DNA of 21,635 nt, taken from the NCBI GenBank assembly GCA_050309605.1, contig JBNRMN010000055.1:1-21635 (forward strand). The letters run 5' to 3'. This document shows positions 17,412 to 21,635 of the stretch, piece by piece (position 1 is the first letter of the stretch; each line of letters starts with the position of its first letter). This DNA comes from Anaerohalosphaeraceae bacterium (GTDB lineage: Bacteria; Planctomycetota; Phycisphaerae; Sedimentisphaerales; Anaerohalosphaeraceae). Made by a program: the position numbers and the translations under genes. Below the pieces are notes generated by a model that saw only the letters and a list, made by a program, of their open reading frames with translations, did no database searches and had not been told where the DNA came from.

Positions 17412-17606
17412 GTTATCAATTCAGACGGGTAAAGACCGGGCAAAATGGTCGCAGACGGCAAACCGTACCGGTCGAGACGACTTGCGTTGAGCAATGGATG
17501 TTGCGGCCCCTCCTGACTGCCGATTTTCTGGCGGGATGATAAAATATTGTCTCCGCAGCGGCTTGCCGGCCGCTCACGAAAAAGCCGTGCGCAATAAGGG
17601 TTGCAG

Positions 17607-17930
17607 TTACAGGCCGCAGAATTGAACCGCCATCCCGATGGTTCCGTTGCGGAGCATCTCATTGCGTTCCACGCGAATCACCTTGGCGGTTTTGATCCGG
17701 GCGTATTGCCCTTTTTGACGGGCCAGCGATACCGTCCGGGGAAAATTGACCTCCACTTCGTGACCGGAGCGAACCGGCGCGGTCATCGGCAGACTGATAT
17801 ACGCCCCGCCTTTGCTGACATTGACGCTTTTGCCGGAAAAGAAACGGTTGGCCTCCGGAATCCACACACTGACCGGCCAGGCCAAATCAGAACGTCTGTC
17901 TTTTCGCTGTTCAACAAGGGTACTTTCCAT
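17607..17930 (-). CDS. Stand-alone PilZ-domain protein (c-di-GMP receptor)
   Basis: QRKDRR (RxxxR) and NVSKGG (D/NxSxxG) motifs, ending GMAVQF. Start at 17930 is preferred because of the upstream GGAG; 17969 is an alternative. Confidence 0.9.
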   Translation of the reverse strand: MESTLVEQRKDRRSDLAWPVSVWIPEANRFFSGKSVNVSKGGAYISLPMTAPVRSGHEVEVNFPRTVSLARQKGQYARIKTAKVIRVERNEMLRNGTIGMAVQFCGL

Positions 17931-17976
17931 AGTTCCGTTCTCCAAGAATCTTGTCAATTTAATTGCCATAGGGTGG

Positions 17977-18089
17977 TTATCGGCAATGTAAAAATGGGGA
18001 ATTTAGCGAAAATGGGGGATTTTTTCAAGAAACTAAGGCATAATCCGGTCCGGCCTGCCAGAGGTCATCATTTTGGGCTTATTATCGGC
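17977..18089 (-). promoter_or_regulatory. Two sigma28 (FliA)-type -10 boxes upstream of the PilZ gene
   Basis: Exact GCCGATAA on the minus strand at 17984-17977 and 18089-18082. The -35 matches are imperfect. Confidence 0.55.
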
Positions 18090-18151
18090 CTGAGCCGAAA
18101 GATTTTCTCAGGAATGTATCATCCGCTTAAAAACAGACTGAAAGAAGACCG

Positions 18152-19270
18152 TCAGGTCCGCATGGAATCTATTTCGACCAATGCTATCGGGAAAAAGATA
18201 AAAATTGGCAGCCAACTGAACAATGCCGGGTGAACCTGCCCAAAAAAGACCTCCGTTGCGTACAGGGAGGATAAAAAAGTCACGGTAAAACAAGCCGCCG
18301 TGGTTAGAAAACTAATCAGGATGGCGGTCTTCATATTTTTCGGATCTCGGCAGACCAGCACCGGCAGCGCAACCATCAGCATAATGAGATTGATAATCGG
18401 CATGGTAATGCGGCTGTGTTTCTGCACGGCGATCTCGGCCAGTTCCGTACGGCGCGTCCCGGAGTCCTGTTCCAGTTCAATCAACTGCCGCAAACTCAGC
18501 AGCGACTTGAATCCTTCGCGCCGTCGCAGGGGCAAAATCTCCGGATCCAGATTGGTCGCATAAAAGTCCACCATCTCGAAGTCCGAAAAGTCCGACCGCT
18601 GCGCCTCGGTTCGCGATGCGCCGAGCAATTGCCCCCCTTCCAGTACCCACCCCTTACGCCGGGCGTCATAGATCGCACGCTGGGCCTGAATGCGTCCGAC
18701 GACCCGCCACGTGTCGTCATCCTCTTTTTGGCGTAAAATAATCAGCGGATTATGCATCGTTTGTTCGCGCTCTTCATAACGAAAGCAGCAGACCAAACTG
18801 CCATTGGCGTCGCCTACAAACCACAAGTCATACGAGGCCTCGCCCGGAAGCTGATCCTGTTTGCGCGTCAGCTCGCCGGTCAGTCGCGGGATGATCAATT
18901 CCTGATCAAGGACCAACAGACCGGTCAGCACCAGCGCCAAGAACAAGATCGGCGCCAAAATGCGTTTCAGGCTCACGCCGGAGGCCATAATCGCAATCAG
19001 CTCGTTGTTGCGCGTCAGCCGCGCCATGGAAAATACCGCCGCGATGACAATGACCACACCCCCCAAATCACGAAACCACAGGACAATACGAGCACCATAA
19101 TAATGAGCCATACTGGCCAATACCGTCCCTATGCCCAGTTCACTGTGTTCGGCAAATTCGTCCAGATTCAGGAATAAATCCACCGTCAAAAACATCCCCA
19201 ACATGACCGCCAGGGAAATGATGTAACCGTAGAGAAAGTTTCCGGCAATATATCGGTCGAGTGTTTTCAT
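18152..19270 (-). CDS. lptG: LptF/LptG family LPS export permease (LptG-like)
   Basis: MKTLDRYI start and RNNELIAIMASGVSLKRI motif, with a 3 TM + periplasmic domain + 3 TM layout. Second gene of the pair. Confidence 0.88.
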   Translation of the reverse strand: MKTLDRYIAGNFLYGYIISLAVMLGMFLTVDLFLNLDEFAEHSELGIGTVLASMAHYYGARIVLWFRDLGGVVIVIAAVFSMARLTRNNELIAIMASGVSLKRILAPILFLALVLTGLLVLDQELIIPRLTGELTRKQDQLPGEASYDLWFVGDANGSLVCCFRYEEREQTMHNPLIILRQKEDDDTWRVVGRIQAQRAIYDARRKGWVLEGGQLLGASRTEAQRSDFSDFEMVDFYATNLDPEILPLRRREGFKSLLSLRQLIELEQDSGTRRTELAEIAVQKHSRITMPIINLIMLMVALPVLVCRDPKNMKTAILISFLTTAACFTVTFLSSLYATEVFFGQVHPALFSWLPIFIFFPIALVEIDSMRT

Positions 19271-19277
19271 AAGACAT

Positions 19278-20882
19278 TCAGGTTCGCATCAATTTCCGAT
19301 ACACCATCAGCACGGCCATGCTAATCAGCAAAAAGCCGGCCCAGATCGTCGCAACGCCCATCAGCTCCGGCGTTGAAGAGCTTTTAATCATCTGTTTGCC
19401 GGACATAATGAACACCACAAAAATGCCCGCAGGGATCGAGCTGGCGCCGAAGGCACTGAGCAGGTGACCGCCGCGAATCCAAATTCCCAGTGCAATGCCC
19501 GTCATAATAATCGACACCGACCCCAGCCCCAGCACCAATCGGGAATGCACCTCGGCGCTGATTTCCCGATCCGTTTTATCGAGGTCGCGCTGCAATGCCC
19601 TGAGAAGCTGGATGTAGGTCTGACTCGGGCGCGCGGTTAATACCGTGCCGGACTGTTCGGCACGAATGAGCGTCTCCAAAAGCGTATCACGACCCAGTTT
19701 CGCCGCAAGCGACTCCGGATACACAACCTCGTTGACATATTTTCGCGGCGTTGTACCGGTGATGCCGCCGGTGCGCTCCCAGGAAGGCCTGTCCAACAAC
19801 AGCTCAAGACGCAGGGTTTCGCTGTCATCCTGCAGGGCGATATGTCCGCTTCGTCCGATATAACGCACTGTCAGTCCTTCGCGGTAACGATCGCGCTGCT
19901 CGAGCAGAATCGGACTGGACAGATTCAGGGTAAATTTTTTGGTCGAATCGATTTGACACCCCCCCGCCGACAGCACATACATCCGCGTCCCGTCGGCCTC
20001 TTCGAGCAGAATCGGTTCACCGGCGGCAAACGCCTCGTCCAGCCTCTCGGCCAGCAGCTCGGCCGCAAGCTGGGCACGGGTCTCCATCGCCCGCTCACGG
20101 ATGGGATAATAGGTCAGTTTGTCGGCCTGAATCCGCTTGATTTCCTCAATTTCTTTGAATTTGATGCTGTCGCCCAGCAGCGGCGGAAACACCTCTTCGA
20201 CGGTCAATCGCCCCAAAAACACCGGAGACACCTCGTCAAACCGATACGCCTCTTCTGCCGCAATAACCGCCTTGTTGTAGTTTCGATGCGTATCGATGAC
20301 CACGCGGACCCGCTGGGCGGTGATAACGCGATAGGTCGAGTCGGGGCGGGTCTCGACAATCACTACCCCTTCAAGCAGATTTTGATCGGGAACGACTTTA
20401 TCCGCATACAGACGAAACCGGCTGCGCGGCAGCGCATAGTACCCCCGGCGCTGGATATTGCGAAACAGAATTTGTTCGGCGTTGGATTTGACGCTGCGCT
20501 CACTGCGATGTATAAACGCCGGCGTCACATAAAAGCTCAGGATCAGATTGGTCGCCGCCACCAGAACCGCCAGGCTGATGCCCGGATACAACAGCACCGA
20601 CAAGCTGATGCCGCTGGCCCGACAGGCGTCCAGCTCGCGATCCGCCGCGAAACGACCATAGACAATCGACCCGGCAAACAAGGCGCTCATCGGCAGTACA
20701 AACGTCAGCGTAATCGGCAAAAAATACCCGATCAGACGCAAAATCTGCTCCGGACTGACCCCGTACTCCATAATGGTCGGTACCAGCATCCCGACCGAGA
20801 CCATCAGCGTCAAAGCCACGGAGGCCAGAACGAACACCCGAAACAATTCCCGAAATATATATCGATGCAGTGTGAAAACCAC
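19278..20882 (-). CDS. lptF: LptF/LptG family LPS export permease (LptF-like, extended)
   Basis: GTG start, TLHRYIFRE and YGRFAADRELDACRASGIS motifs, EVHSR before the C-terminal TMs. First gene of the pair. Confidence 0.88.
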   Translation of the reverse strand: MVFTLHRYIFRELFRVFVLASVALTLMVSVGMLVPTIMEYGVSPEQILRLIGYFLPITLTFVLPMSALFAGSIVYGRFAADRELDACRASGISLSVLLYPGISLAVLVAATNLILSFYVTPAFIHRSERSVKSNAEQILFRNIQRRGYYALPRSRFRLYADKVVPDQNLLEGVVIVETRPDSTYRVITAQRVRVVIDTHRNYNKAVIAAEEAYRFDEVSPVFLGRLTVEEVFPPLLGDSIKFKEIEEIKRIQADKLTYYPIRERAMETRAQLAAELLAERLDEAFAAGEPILLEEADGTRMYVLSAGGCQIDSTKKFTLNLSSPILLEQRDRYREGLTVRYIGRSGHIALQDDSETLRLELLLDRPSWERTGGITGTTPRKYVNEVVYPESLAAKLGRDTLLETLIRAEQSGTVLTARPSQTYIQLLRALQRDLDKTDREISAEVHSRLVLGLGSVSIIMTGIALGIWIRGGHLLSAFGASSIPAGIFVVFIMSGKQMIKSSSTPELMGVATIWAGFLLISMAVLMVYRKLMRT

Positions 20883-20917
20883 GCTAATTTCCTGCCGCTT
20901 AAGACTAATTCGGCGTC

Positions 20918-20946
20918 ATTGTGCCAAAAACCCACCCCAATGGCAA
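20918..20946 (-). promoter_or_regulatory. Sigma70-like promoter for lptFG
   Basis: TTGCCA (20946-20941)-N17-CACAAT (20923-20918) with a TGn extension, 35 nt upstream of the start codon. Confidence 0.5.
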
Positions 20947-21113
20947 CAAAAAACCGCTCAAAACCGTTGTTGTATTCGGGTGGGTAACCCTTGCGTCCAG
21001 GGGGTGTATTTGGAGAACGTATGATATCTTTGGTTTATGTGGTGATAAAATCGTGAAAAGGTTCTTCTTTTCAGTGTTTTTTTATAACTCTTCATTTTAT
21101 ATGTAGTTATGAA

Positions 21114-21187
<74 letters not shown>

Positions 21188-21482
21188 CAGAACCAAACAG
21201 CAACGACAAAAAGGGTTTTATTTTACTGTTTGTTTGTAGGCAACCGAGACTTTAGTCGCCACCAATTTGACGCTATCATTAACAGATTTGCAAGAAAATT
21301 CAAAGGAAAAATCACTATTTTTGGTACAGATAAGAATAATTACCCCTGAACAGGATTGCATTACGGTACCCATCGGGAACACAGGTTGCGACAGAGACTG
21401 GGGTTGAACCCAGCCTTTCTCAATAGTTCCGTCCGTACTGGTCCGCCATCAACGGTGCAGCAACCGGTAACACAAGTTGATG

Positions 21483-21635
21483 TTAATCAGCGAGCCAGTG
21501 GCGGGCAAACTCGGCGAATTCGTACAAGCCGACTCGACCGTCGCCGCTTAAATCCAGCTCGGGGTTTTCCTGCAGCCAATAGTCGGCAAAGCCCGCAAGG
21601 TCATCGATGTCAACGACGCCGTCGCCGTTCATATC
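21483..21635 (-). CDS. C-terminal 50 aa of a protein ending in a dockerin-like double Ca-binding repeat (5' part outside window)
   Basis: Manual translation DMNGDGVVDIDDLAGFADYWLQENPELDLSGDGRVGLYEFAEFARHWLAD* shows two DxxGDGxV...F...WL repeats. Not in the supplied ORF track. Confidence 0.88.
   Translation of the reverse strand, partial: DMNGDGVVDIDDLAGFADYWLQENPELDLSGDGRVGLYEFAEFARHWLAD

Noticed and set aside
17412..17606. Convergent intergenic region with GGCAAACC and a small AGCGGC/GCCGCT hairpin (c-di-GMP riboswitch or terminator?)
   Set aside because: It lacks the rest of the c-di-GMP-I consensus, lies 3' of both genes, and the hairpin has no adjacent U-tract.
17601..18233. 210-aa plus-strand ORF spanning the PilZ gene
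   Set aside because: The minus-strand PilZ frame has both diagnostic motifs. This ORF overlaps it and lptG in antisense.
19842..20987. 381-aa plus-strand ORF opposite lptF (likewise 8244-9134 opposite glmM and several opposite the TPR gene)
   Set aside because: Shadow ORFs with no family motifs.
21398..21413. GGGTTCAACCC resembling a tRNA T-arm
   Set aside because: The loop is 6 nt and no cloverleaf can be built around it.

Overview
Bacterial chromosomal window. Gene content points to Planctomycetota, class Phycisphaerae (Sedimentisphaerales-like), by inference from the PxP-type CTERM protein, dockerin-like C-terminal tail, bacterial topoisomerase VI B and CCA-less tRNA. The left end (1-1830) is an accessory, more AT-rich segment. 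It holds the 3' end of an IS4-family element inserted into a secreted-protein gene, an intact PEP-CTERM-type gene (VPTPS variant) with a putative structured leader, and just upstream a ~1377-aa membrane-anchored TPR protein. A long leftward run follows: DUF2752 protein, lipoprotein, serA, top6B, phosphoglucosamine/phosphohexose mutase, CDF transporter, GH5 hydrolase. Here top6B has no adjacent top6A. Divergent from this run are an inositol monophosphatase and a large secreted protein ending in a TlpA-like thioredoxin domain. The right end has a stand-alone PilZ gene preceded by two sigma28-like boxes, an lptF/lptG pair (LptF unusually long), tRNA-Val(TAC) and the dockerin-like end of a truncated gene. 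No CRISPR array, prophage or defence system is evident. All calls come from visual motif recognition; no searches were run.
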